64,000 nt of DNA from Lingula anatina (lineage: Eukaryota > Animalia > Brachiopoda), in assembly GCA_051362555.1 (NCBI GenBank), contig CM120640.1, positions 14,446,001 to 14,510,000 on the forward strand. Reading direction: 5' to 3'. The position numbers and the translations under genes were made by a program. The notes below the pieces were generated by a model. It saw only the letters and a program-made list of their open reading frames with translations. It was not told the DNA's origin and made no database searches. Shown piece after piece: positions 25,918-37,238 of the stretch (positions are counted from its first letter, which is position 1; each line of letters begins with the position of its first letter).

Positions 25918-26516
25918 TCAAGGAATGACATCTCTGTTCAATTCCTTGTACCACTGCATCCACAGATAAGGGGAAGTCAGCTGCAAATTAGCAGAACTGA
26001 AAAATGAATAAATAAATGAATATTAATTATTAAAATAATAATAAGAAAAATAAATAGACTGCAAAATAAGTAAATGCAAGGGTCGTATTATTCACGCAGG
26101 TTTATAAACACGTGCACCCAACGAACGCCGTTTACACCCCCACCTCTTGCTATAGAATCATAATTAATCTGAATTGATGCAATATAATGTAACAACTTTT
26201 TACCTGACGATTTCTTGCAGTTCTTTAGCGAACTTGCCATCCTGAAAATGTTAAAAATTGCAATTACAAATTTAAAAAGTAACAATGTTTAGTGAGGACT
26301 AATTAAAACACTACACAAATTAAAACACTACTCTTGAATCCAACATTAACCTCCTGTTTCTCTTTCTCGAATATGAAACCCATTTAAGAATCATGGTCGT
26401 CGCATGAAAATTTAATATTTCATAATGAAAAATTCGACATAAAAAGACATAATCACTTGACACTGCTCGCTCTTTTCTTCTCTTTCTAATCCATTAATTG
26501 TGCTTCATGCTCCAAA

Positions 26517-26552
<36 letters not shown>

Positions 26553-29038
26553 AAAATTATCATACCATTTCGGCCCTTGCTTTATTCAGACGATCCTCAA
26601 TGATCCCGATCAGCTCAACGCCAGATATGTCCAAGGACACCACCAGTGCAAAGAAGTCTTTGGCATTCTTTGCCGCCTCTGCAGCTTCAAACTTATCTAT
26701 GTCGGAAAAGCATCCAGATTTCCTGGGCACGCTGAAGATTAAAGGTGGTAAGGTAAAAAGATGCTGGCTTCAGAAACGAAAACCAAATGGTCACATTTAG
26801 GAAATGTGTATGACCTACAACGATCATTCCTTGATTTATATATTATCATTGCCAATGAAATTATGTCACTGTTATGTTTTTGCTTGTGTTGCTCTAAAGT
26901 TATGGACGCATTTTGATAAAATGAACTAGCTTGGACTTCATTAGATTTTAGTCCTGATTAATAAATAAATAAATAAAAATGTGGATTGAGTTATCATTCA
27001 CTGTAAAAACAGTGTTTAGCTCCGAGACACATTTCTAAGCGCCTGTTTTGTCTCATTTTTTCCACGCGTTTAGCACCTAAGCACGTTTAGCCTATTAACA
27101 TGTTACACGCTTTGACGTGCTTCACGCCTAATAAATGTAGGGTGTATTTGTTTAACTTTAAGGTTGTAACCTTTTCAACTGTTTCAGTCACTACACACAC
27201 ACACGCGCGCGCGCGCACGAAGTCACGGTCACCTTTAACTGCTATAGATATCTCTATCTATAACAGGGTACCGTGAACTGTCAACTTAGTTGATTCACGC
27301 CATCATCTTTACAGCGGGACTTATTCATCCTTGTGTTAGCTGACCTTGCGAGGAAGTTAATTGGAATATACTTCTGAAAAACAAGTTAGGAAAATTCACT
27401 AGTTTACTAAAGACACGAAGCAACTAACACTTTTACTTTAAAACATTTTTTTCATATTTTGATAAAATGCGTTAAGGTATTGATGTTCATTTATTTTTTC
27501 CGGAAGTAATGAACAATAGAACATCAGGATGATGGTGGGGTATTCATTATAATGGTTTATTTAAGCTTTCATCACATGCTGGTTATTTTGGTAACGATAG
27601 TCCGAATATTTTTCAAATCGCACCGCTCTAGTCGCCGACTAACCCAAGCCCATTTTGGAATTAACCGCTAACTGTAGTTCATACAGCATAAGACGTGTTT
27701 TGGTGATTAATAAAAAAGTTTTCAAAACATTAAATAATGTTTTTCCAGAATGTTATAAAACGCTTATAAAACTGCAAGTGCATCATTTTGCATGGAGTTA
27801 AAAACACCCATAACGTTACCATGACGTTATTCTATACCATCACCATCATGTAACCAGCTGATAACGTCGTGAAAACGTTATTTGTTATTTGGATTATTAC
27901 TTAATAGGCCTATTTTAAATAATCACACGTTACTGCAAGGAAGGACACAACGCGTTCGAGCAGGCTGCTTCTCGCCTCCAACAGCCCCATATGTTTACAA
28001 GGGGAAGTGTTAAGCAAAATTGTTGAGTCTTGTAATAAACTTGTTATGGGATCGTATATATGGGATTGTGAAGCATTTTTTTCTGTGATGAGCTTGAAAA
28101 GCTAATCATGTTGTTTAGCAGCTCCACGCGTTAAGGAATTCCACACCTATATCAGCTCCATATGTTTAGCAGTCTCACGCGCTTAGCAGGGGAAGTGCTT
28201 AGCCAATGTGCTTAGCTTGTGATAGACTTGTTATAGAATCATATGCCGGTGAAGCTAAACACATAGCTAGCTTTTTCTTCTGTGAAACGTTTGAAAAGCT
28301 ATACGCGTTTAGCATTTACACAGATTTCTAAATGCGTATAGGTGCCTAACGTGTGTTGTATGTATTTAAATGCTAAACACTGTTTTTACAGTGTTGAGTT
28401 GAGGTCAGCACACCCTAGCCGAGTGCATTTCTAGTTTTATTAAAATGTTTTAGAGGCAGTCTATGAAGAATTATCAGAAAAGAGCTATGAAAGATGCAGT
28501 CAGATAAAGATTCAAATGATTAAAAAACGCGTGAAAAACTTACCAAACTTCGTCAACAAGCTAGAACAAAGAAATAAACCAACCAATTACATCACACTTG
28601 CATAGATTATTTTAAAAAGAAGCTGTAAATTAACTTCAGAACAGAAAAAAAATTGTACTTCACGTAAATAATACGATTTCCTGAGCAGGGTAAGAAATAA
28701 CGCAACTTGCTCGTTGAATATAAAGCCAATATAGAAATAATTTGAATGCGTATTCCACAGAAATTCCCAACATGCGTTATCAAATCTTATTGAATATTTT
28801 CATCACATGTTCATTACCAACGTATATTATCACTCTCGCAACGAGCGCAATAATAATTACATGTAGCCAATAGACCGACTATTCGTGGAGAGCTGATTTG
28901 AATTCGTTTTTTAAAAACATGCAGCCTCCCAATGTATCTTGTTCTATTTACCTTGGCATTTGAGTATCCTGTCCTTTGCCTAACAAATGAGCCGAAGCAC
29001 TGAATCGCGAGGAACAAGAAATTGGTGAAAATAATCAT
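25918..29038 (-). CDS. small putative secreted protein, paralog A (128 aa, 5 exons), family not recognised
   Basis: Exons 29038-28952, 28560-28544, 26731-26566, 26241-26204 and 25996-25918 sum to 387 nt, GT-AG. MIIFTNFLFLAIQCFGSFVRQRTGYSNAKLVDEVCVPRKSGCFSDIDKFEAAEAAKNAKDFFALVVSLDISGVELIGIIEDRLNKARAEMDGKFAKELQEIVSSANLQLTSPYLWMQWYKELNRDVIP*. Exon structure identical in paralog B. Confidence 0.88.
26999..28393. mobile_element. non-autonomous CACTA/EnSpm-like (CMC) DNA transposon, 1395 bp
   Basis: Perfect 22-bp TIR CACTGTAAAAACAGTGTTTAGC (26999-27020 / 28372-28393), TT 2-bp TSD, subterminal GTTTAGC/GCTAAAC repeats; absent from the paralogous site near 31895. Confidence 0.9.
27310..27600 (+). repeat. 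dispersed repeat family, copy 3 (inside the CACTA-like element)
   Basis: Colinear similarity to 8715-8970 and 5755-5950. Confidence 0.6.
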
Positions 29039-29462
29039 CTTAGTAACTCAATCAAACTTCTCTCCGTCGAATACTATATAGTATAGTCAGTAACTATGCT
29101 AAATTGTCGATGTCGTCACATGATTGTGATGTCATAGTTGGAAAGAGAAAAGCGTAGCGTCATAACGTCAGATTGCGTCAGATACACATGTAACTAGTAA
29201 TTTCCGAAATTTTTTAAAAAATTATTTTATTATTTCTCCAACATACATGTAGGCTTAAGGTTACTGAGTTCTTTTTTTAAATTTTCTTTTATTTTTCTCC
29301 AACATAGAAGTTAAGATCGTATATGTATCTATAGATCTAGGACCTCTACAGCAACACTTTCAAATTGTTCATCAATGTTGTTTATATTATGTTTCCAAGT
29401 CAAGGCAAAGACCATTTCAGTGAAAAGCTTTGGAAATAGGAAATGAGAGAATAACACTAATA

Positions 29463-29573
<111 letters not shown>

Positions 29574-29628
29574 CTTGGATTCTATTATATAATATGATAT
29601 GCAAATGCGTTAGAGTCTATTCTGTAAA

Positions 29629-30326
29629 AGAAGAATTTAACCAGCAAGGGACCAGTACAGGGCTCTACATTTAGACGCGTTGGGCTGGGCGTTCCAGGGG
29701 AATTACCCATCAACAAGATAGGAGCATCCATCTCAAAACACTTTTGGGGTAATGTCTACATATTTTGCTTTAGAATTGTTAATTGTACTTACCAGTTCTG
29801 CTTGTACGTAATATAGCTACAGTTGCTCTTAGGCTGACGCTGCTCGTGTGCTGCTGCAGAAGGCTTCTTTCTGTCTGTTCTGTTTACCAGATGGCCTTTC
29901 CGATGGCCAGTGGTAAGTCACGTGACTATTCCCGCGGGATAAGAGGGCCTGGTTGATTAGCCCTTTATGACAATAATGCGGCCAGCTCAAGATTCCTATT
30001 CCTCCCAATAAATTTATTATACAAGCATAATAATATTTTGTTGATTTGATGTTTTCTACCTGTAATTCACCACTAGCCAAATTACTCAAAGCCAGTATAT
30101 AGTTAAGTAATTGACGATATTATGCTAATCCACAGACCTTCGCTGTAATCTTTTAAGCACAGTTTGACAGCTTCCATCGTCACTATTAACATGTTTTCTC
30201 TCATTTCACTTTTGTTTACGCTTTGGAAACTGCCCCTAAATGTCTGAAGACTGTTGTGTTGGTACTATTTCTACCCATCACATCTATTTGACCAGAACTC
30301 CCCGTCCCTCTCTCAACTTTTGTTAG
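29629..30326 (+). pseudogene. duplicated, disabled 3' fragment (exons 6-8) of the 273-aa secreted protein gene
   Basis: Exon 6 piece is fused directly to an exon 7 piece at ~29676; CAG>TAG and TAT>TAG stops, indels, and the exon 8 relic at ~30220-30326 has lost its AG acceptor. Confidence 0.9.
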
Positions 30327-30839
30327 AAAACATTCTCCTCTAAAAAATTGAAGATAAATGTGTCTGTGATTGTTGAGAAGTGAAAATAAAATATTAATTC
30401 AAGACACGGTTATTAAATAATATATTTCTTAGCCTTTTGCTGCTATACAGAGAAATAAAAATGTGCGGTCTTTGACATCGAAAATGAAGGCTTTTCTCTT
30501 ATCGATCTTTAGTATCACTCTGTTTGTTATACAACTTATGGGTATATACGTACTGTATTTACTTCAGATATTATGTCTGTACTATCATACAGGCCTGTAT
30601 TTCTTAGGGTGGGCATATTTATATATGCATTTGTGTTCATAACAGATAAGAACAAATGATTTACAATAAGAAAATATTTATTCCCAATTATGCAATCGGT
30701 ATTATTGCTGAGTTCATGTCTGTTTTCGACGGTTGAATTTTAAAAAATTTTTATGTGCTTTATACAAACAACAAATATCTATATAATATATGTGAGTCAG
30801 TTAAATGCAGAAGCACATAGTCCAACTTGGCTATGACAC

Positions 30840-32513
30840 TCAAGGAAAGACGTCTCTGTTCAATTCCTTGTACCACTGCATCCACAGATAAGGGGAAGTC
30901 AGCTGCAAATTAGCAGAACTGAAAAATGAATAAATAAATGACTTTTCAATAATAATAATAATTAATAATAATAATATCTATTAGACGGTAAAATAAGTAA
31001 ATGCTAGGGTCGTATTATTTATGCGGGTTTGTAAACAAGTGCACCTAATAAACACCGTTTACACCCCCACCCCCCATCCTGGCTATAAAATCATGATTAA
31101 CAAAATCTGAATTGATGCAAAATAATAAAACAGTGAGTTTTTTTTACCTGACAATTTCTTGCAGTTCTTTAGCAAACTTGCCATCCTGAAAATGTAAAAA
31201 ATGGAAATTACAAAAAGTAATAATGTTTACTGAGCACTGATTAAAACACTTCACTTAAATTCAACATTAACCCACTGTTAATCTTACACGAATGGTCATG
31301 GCATTAAAATTTGGTGTTTCATAATGAAAATTCCGACATTAAAAGGCATCATGGCTTGACATTGCTCGCTCTTTTCTTCTCTTTTTAATCCATTAACTGT
31401 GCTTCATGCTCCAAATAAATAAATAAATAAATAAATATAATGCAAAGTCATCTTACCATTTGGGCCCTTGCCTTATTCAGACGATCCTCAATGATCCCAA
31501 GCAACTCAACGCCAGAAATGTCCAAGGACACTACCAATGCAAAGAAGTCTTTGGCATTCTTTGCCGCCTCTGCAGCTTCAAACTTATCTATGTCGGAAAA
31601 GCAACCAAATTTCCTGGGCATGCTGAAGATTAAAGATGGTAAAGTAAAAAGATATTGTTTTCAGAGAACGAAAACCAAATGGTCACAAGTAGCAATTGTG
31701 TATGACCTACAACGATCATTCCTTGATTTATTATCATCGCCAAGAAAGTTATGTTACTGTAATTATGTTTTTGCCTTTGTTGGTTTGTCAACCTAACGTT
31801 ACGGGCGTATTTTGATAAAATGGGCCAACTAAAATCTATTACAATTTAGTGCTGATTGATTGATTAATTAATACATGCTAATGTGGATTGAGCTACCTTG
31901 GCGGAGGTCTGCACACCCTGGCCGAGTGCGTTTCCAGTTTTATTAAAAAATATTTAGAGGCAGTGTATGAAGAATTATCAGAACAGAGCTATGAAAGATG
32001 CCGTCAGATAAGAATTCAAATGATTAAAAACGTGTGAAAAACTTACCAAACTTCGTCAACAAGCTGGAAAAAAGAATAAACCAACCAAGTATATCACAAA
32101 TGAATAAATATAAATAATTTTAAAAAGAAGTTGTAAATTAACTTCAGAACAGAAAAGTAAATTGTATTTAAGGTAAATTATACGATTTCCTGGACAGGGT
32201 AAGAAATAACACAACTCGCGCGTTGAATATACAGCCAATATAGAAATAATTCGAGGGCGTATTCCACGGAAATTCCCAACACGCGTTATCAAATAATAAT
32301 TGAATATTTTCATCACATACATGTACTCATTACCAACGTATATCATCACTCTCTCAACGAGCGCAACAATAGTTAGCCAATAGACATAAAGGCTTACAAT
32401 GCATCTTGTTGAAGGGGCCTATTTACCTTGGCATTTGAATAACCTGCCCTCTGCTTCACAAATGAGCCGAAGCACTGAATCGCGAGAAACAAGAAATTGG
32501 TGAAAATAATCAT
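30840..32513 (-). CDS. small putative secreted protein, paralog B (128 aa, 5 exons), family not recognised
   Basis: Exons 32513-32427, 32063-32047, 31622-31457, 31185-31148 and 30918-30840; same sizes as paralog A (87/17/166/38/79), intact frame and splice sites; 7 amino acid differences from A. Confidence 0.88.
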
Positions 32514-32544
32514 CTTAGTAACTTAATCACACTTCTCTTCGTCA

Positions 32545-32650
32545 AATACTATATAGTACAGTCAGTAACTATGCTTACTTGTCAATGACCTCACACTATT
32601 GTGATGTCATAGTTGGAAAAGAGAAGTGTCATGACGTCAGGTTACGTCAG
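32545..32650 (-). promoter_or_regulatory. candidate promoter of paralog B: TATA-like element plus CRE sites
   Basis: TATATAG on the minus strand ~40 bp upstream of the ATG; TGACGTCA at 32632-32639 and TTACGTCA at 32642-32649; paralog A has variants at ~29155-29180. Confidence 0.45.
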
Positions 32651-33503
32651 ATAGCTCGTACTTGTAATTCCCGAATTTGAAAAAAAAAATTAATTTTATT
32701 ATTTCTCCAACATAGGGCTAAGAGTTCTTTTTTTTTTTTTTATTTTACTAGTATTTAATTTTCTTTTACTCTTTCTCCGACATAAAGTTTTAACATCGAA
32801 TAATATATCTAAAGATCTGCACCTCTATAGATTTTTTTCACATTGTTTAACAGTGTTGTTTAAATTATGTTTCCAAGCCAAATCAAAGGCCATTTTTAGT
32901 GAAAGGCCGTCGAAATAGGAAATGATCTTGGATATAACAGTAAACATTTATTCTGCTGTTTCTTAGACCTACAATGATATGCAAATTATGCGTGAGGGTC
33001 TATTTGGCTTATTATGTAAAAAAAAAAAAAGCCTCCTGAAATCTTGAAACCCTTTGCTCAAGTTGTTGCACGCTGATTTTTTCGTGTGCCTTCGTCCGCC
33101 GCAGCGTGCGTCGCCAAAACGAACAACCGGAAATTTCGAGTGCGGAGTTACCGGATGTTTATAGCGGCGGGACAAGTCCTTTTTCAAAAACGGAAACAGA
33201 AGTAATTTCATTTGTCCTAGTGTCTACTATGCCTGTATCTTAATTGTGTCCTTATAAAACGTTAACAACTATGTGATGCTTGCTTTTCGTTCTAGTGACC
33301 AGTTTAAAAACTTAATCGCAGGAATGTTAAACTTTTATAAATTAATGTATTCCAGAAAAAGAAACTTGGCGGTGTCAACTTCACAGTCACCGACTTCCGT
33401 GATGGTTCGCATTATGAAGTGACCTCATTATGTGGAGCTACACCCAAATGTCATACTACGATCAGATACAAATTGAACATGTGTGAAGTGCCATATTGTA
33501 TAC

Positions 33504-35566
33504 ATGACAGATGCTGTTGATATCTGTGATTGTGGATCTCTAAAAATGGGGCTTACAACATGGTGTCGAAGACTGGGACGATTCTTCCTTAACATTTATG
33601 GCTATGTAATGTGGCTGATTTTCGGGATCAAACTTTATGAGATTTCTAGTGATTTGATAATTACCAATATACCAGGATCACAAGACCTTCGGCGTTGCTT
33701 TTGCAGAGGAAAAAGAATCGCAAATGGTGCAAGGAATGGTTCATTAAATTGTTCGGATGACCTGGGTTGGCCCCATCCTTTTTCCATTTTGGCAGATTGT
33801 TGGGGAAAAGACCTGAAAGTTACAACATTTGGAAGGAAATTGATAAAGGCTCAGTACCAAGAAGCATTGGTTCAGAGGCTTGCAATTCAGCAAACTTTGA
33901 GGAAACATGCAGGCATTTCTGTGGTAACATTTCTTGTTTGAACAGTTAATTAAAATTGTTTATGTAAATAGATAACAGTTCATTGTTTTGTAGAGTTTCA
34001 TAGAAAGGGGAAAAGAAACCTTTTTTGACTGTTTCTAAATGTGGTGTAAAATGTGGTGTAAAATTACTTCTATGAAATGAAAATTTATTTACATGACTAA
34101 TAGTAAAATGATATTTTATTGTCATGCTTCTTTGTTCATATATTTCTACATTGTAACTACACAATTCTGTACTCTATTATTGCTAACATGATGAATTGAA
34201 GTAGTATTGGCCACTAGCACTCCCATTTATGATCATGAGTTGAATGCTAGAAGCATTGGATTATGGAATAGCCTTTTACATTTTAAACATGTGCTACTAT
34301 TCCCACATTTAGTAGGTGATATGTATGCAAGTGAGGCCTAATATATGTAAATTTCTTTTTTAGGTTCCCATCAAGCACCCAATTTTCATAGTTGGTCCAA
34401 TGTTCTCTGGTTGTAACCAACTTCAGGCTCTTCTTGCACAAGACCCAGCCAATCAAGTTCCTCAGTTGTGGCAACTGCTGAATCCCACACCTCCACCAAA
34501 ATCGACAGAATCTCCAGCAGATGCCAGAATCAGAGAGACAAACAGATATATTGGTAAGAGTTGTGTTCACTTAGTACAGAATTATTGTTTTTATTGAAGT
34601 TTTAGCAATGTCTAAGGGCCCATTCCCAATGAAACTATCATTCTTGGGAGATTGATTCCACTCTGCAGGGACTCTCGCTGAATGCAGTCAGATTAACAGA
34701 TTAACACTCCTCCTCATGGCAATGAGTAGAAAATAGAAAAGCTGTTTATTATACGAGTATGTATGAAACAAATGGTGTTGATCTGCTAATCTGGTTGCAT
34801 TTAGCAAGGGTCCCCCTAGAGTTGGATCAATCTTTACCAATTGAAGCTATTTTAAAGCTATTATTTGGCTGAACAGTTGATTAATTAGGTAATATCAGAA
34901 ACTAGTAGAAGTGGTTACTTATAGTCCATGATTGCTTTATATGTAAATTCATGACAATAGTTAAGGGTCATTACCAAAATGCTTTTAATCAAGATTGGTA
35001 GAATTTATACAGATATTTCTGTTATAACATAGGCGTTTCTTGTAAATAAGTTATCTTTATTTTTTCCAGGTTGGCTGACCTCTTTCTGTCCAAGTATTGA
35101 GCTTATCCTTGCCAAATATGCCACCTATCCTGCTGCATGCAGTCATGTTCTACAGCGTAGCTTTATCGACTTGCTGCCCCCAGTTGTTGGTCTGAATATG
35201 TCAGAGTACAGACAATGGTTGAAAGGATGCAGCAGAAGTGAGATGGTCAAAGTTTATCAGTATTACAAGAAGCAACTGCAGCTATTAGCTTTTAATCAGG
35301 GTAAAGTTTTATGCTTGTTGGCATGAATTGAAATGAAGGGTCAAATGTTTTTGCGTGGGGTTTACAGAGGACAAAATGAGTGATGCAAAACTTTTGTAAA
35401 TACTAGTATTCTTTCCCAACACAAACAAAGGGTTTTAGCTAAAAATACTCCATTCCATATACTGAGTATATGAAGTAATGTTGACTTTAAAATACTGCAA
35501 CATACCTGTATATCAGGCCAATGATAATGGAGGTCCACACATAATCCTTTTTGGTGCATCTTGATA

Positions 35567-35597
<31 letters not shown>

Positions 35598-36152
35598 TTT
35601 TCAGGTTTTGGTTGGAGAACATTTGTTCTGCAGGATCCTACACACATGCTTTTCTTGGATGCTCTGCTAGAAGTTTTCCCAGATGCTTGCATTGTACAGA
35701 TGCACTGCAGTCCAGTGCTTGCTGCTAGTCAGTACTGTACACTGTATTCACAAATAGCTGAATTATTTTATAGAAAGAGAGACATTAACCTCAATGCGCT
35801 TGGACTCAGGGTTTTGGATTTACTTACATGGCTTTATGAAAAATCATTGACTACTCGGAAGAGACATGCTAACAATAATTTTACATCCCAAATGGAGGAA
35901 AACGTAACATTCTTAGATGTGAATTATGAAAATTATTTACAAGATCCTCTTGAAGTTGTGAAATGCATCTATGACAAAATGGGTTTGACAGTCTCCCAAG
36001 AGGCCATTTTAAACATGAAAGAATATTTGAGAGATGGGGAGATGAAAGCAACAAGTGGAAAGTTTGATCATTCACTGAGCAAGTTTGGAATCTCAGAGGA
36101 ACAGTTGAAATTGCTGTTTGGAGAATATACCCGTTTCTTCCAGGTACATTGA
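33504..36152 (+). CDS. sulfotransferase-fold protein (Sulfotransfer_3 / Stf3-like), ~462 aa, with degenerate PAPS-binding motifs
   Basis: Exons 33504-33923, 34364-34553, 35070-35300 and 35605-36152 sum to 1389 nt in frame. PIKHPIFIVG..LLAQDP, YQYYKKQLQLL, ALLEVFPDA and DVNYENYLQDPLEVVKCIY match the family scaffold. The start could alternatively be ATG 33546. Confidence 0.87.
34616..34845. mobile_element. diverged MITE (Tourist/PIF-Harbinger-like) in sulfotransferase intron 2
   Basis: Imperfect ~50-bp inverted arms at ~34650-34702 and ~34781-34832; begins TAA|GGGCCCATTCCCA; right terminus eroded. Confidence 0.55.
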
Positions 36153-36179
36153 TACTTTGAATATGTCAGTGTAAACTTA

Positions 36180-36393
36180 GATCCTATTCCCAGAGATAAG
36201 ATCGATCCAAGTACATCGACCTAACTCCCTGAGGGTTCCCTCTAAATAGCTGTCAGCTGAGCGGGTACGAAAGTTAATTACCCCCTTTCAGCTCGTAGTA
36301 GGCAGGACGGACATTTAAGCCGGATTATCTGACAGTAATCTAGTGAGACTCCACACGGGGATGGATCAATCTAAAATCTATCGGAATGCGCCC
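36180..36393. mobile_element. Tourist/PIF-Harbinger-like MITE
   Basis: TTA on both flanks, imperfect TIRs (..attcccagagat..agatcgatcc / ggatcaatct..atctatcggaat..), highly similar to 45681-45905. Confidence 0.8.
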
Positions 36394-36838
36394 TTAGATC
36401 ATTTATATGAATTTTTTTTTTTTTTTTTTTGCAATTTACTGGAAATTGAGCAGCATTTAAGTTATGCATCATTACTTATTTTTGTTGATTCTTAACAATT
36501 TGTTAAGCCTTGAGACTTATTTGGATACAGAACAGTTGAGGATGCAATTTATATTAAAGCAAAGCAAATTATACCATTTTCAAGTTTAATTCTGCTGATC
36601 TTACTACTTGGCATCTGATCAGATATAGTGCCAATGACATTTTTGTAAAACTAATTTCCAGTTTAGTATAATACTTTGTCCAAACCTTTTCATGTATTTC
36701 CATGATTTATACAAGGTAATGCTAAAATGAACAAGTCATTTCTTTTGGGGTCCTCAATCCTTTATTTTGTCTTTTAATCTCCATTTAGTCTATTATTTCA
36801 AGTCAGATATCAGAAGTCTTGTTAATAAAAATAAAACA

Positions 36839-36893
36839 TTTATTGAAATAAAAATCATTTATACACGATTTTCTAAGCTATATACTATATACA
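36839..36893 (-). promoter_or_regulatory. cyclin B 3'UTR end: poly(A) hexamer, CPE-like and Pumilio elements
   Basis: On the minus strand: UGUAUAUA (36893-36886), then UUUUUAU just upstream of AAUAAA (36844-36839). Confidence 0.6.
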
Positions 36894-37238
36894 AGTAACC
36901 CACATGCTAATTGCAACCATGCTGTATAGTTTAATTCTCATGCAGATTTTTCCGTATCTACCTCATTTATCACTTTGATATTTAAAAGTGAGGAAATGCA
37001 TTCGCATCAAATGTCCAGATTTCAGCTCCATAAAAGGACTTAGCTTTCAAAAATGACTGGTATTATAAAAAAAATGAATTAAGCAGCATTTAAAAAAGTT
37101 ACATGATCAAGATGAAACTTGAGGTGATAAAAACCCAAATTCCTGACAAATCCTGATTGGGTTTTGACACCTCTCTCTCTCAACTGCTCACACATTTGCA
37201 CACATACTCCAGGGTTGTATCAACCAATGTCCATGGCT

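Larger units (their letters stand above)
29629..33004 (+). repeat. tandem segmental duplication, unit B
   Basis: Starts at gaatttaaccagcaagggacc (matches ~24294); ends at atgatatgcaaat..gcgt.ag.gtctatt (matches ~29594-29620). Confidence 0.92.

Noticed and set aside
25918-29038. Resemblance of the 128-aa protein to abalone sperm lysin (size, helical character)
   Set aside because: No convincing sequence similarity by eye; the protein is not strongly basic, and the paralogs show purifying rather than positive selection.
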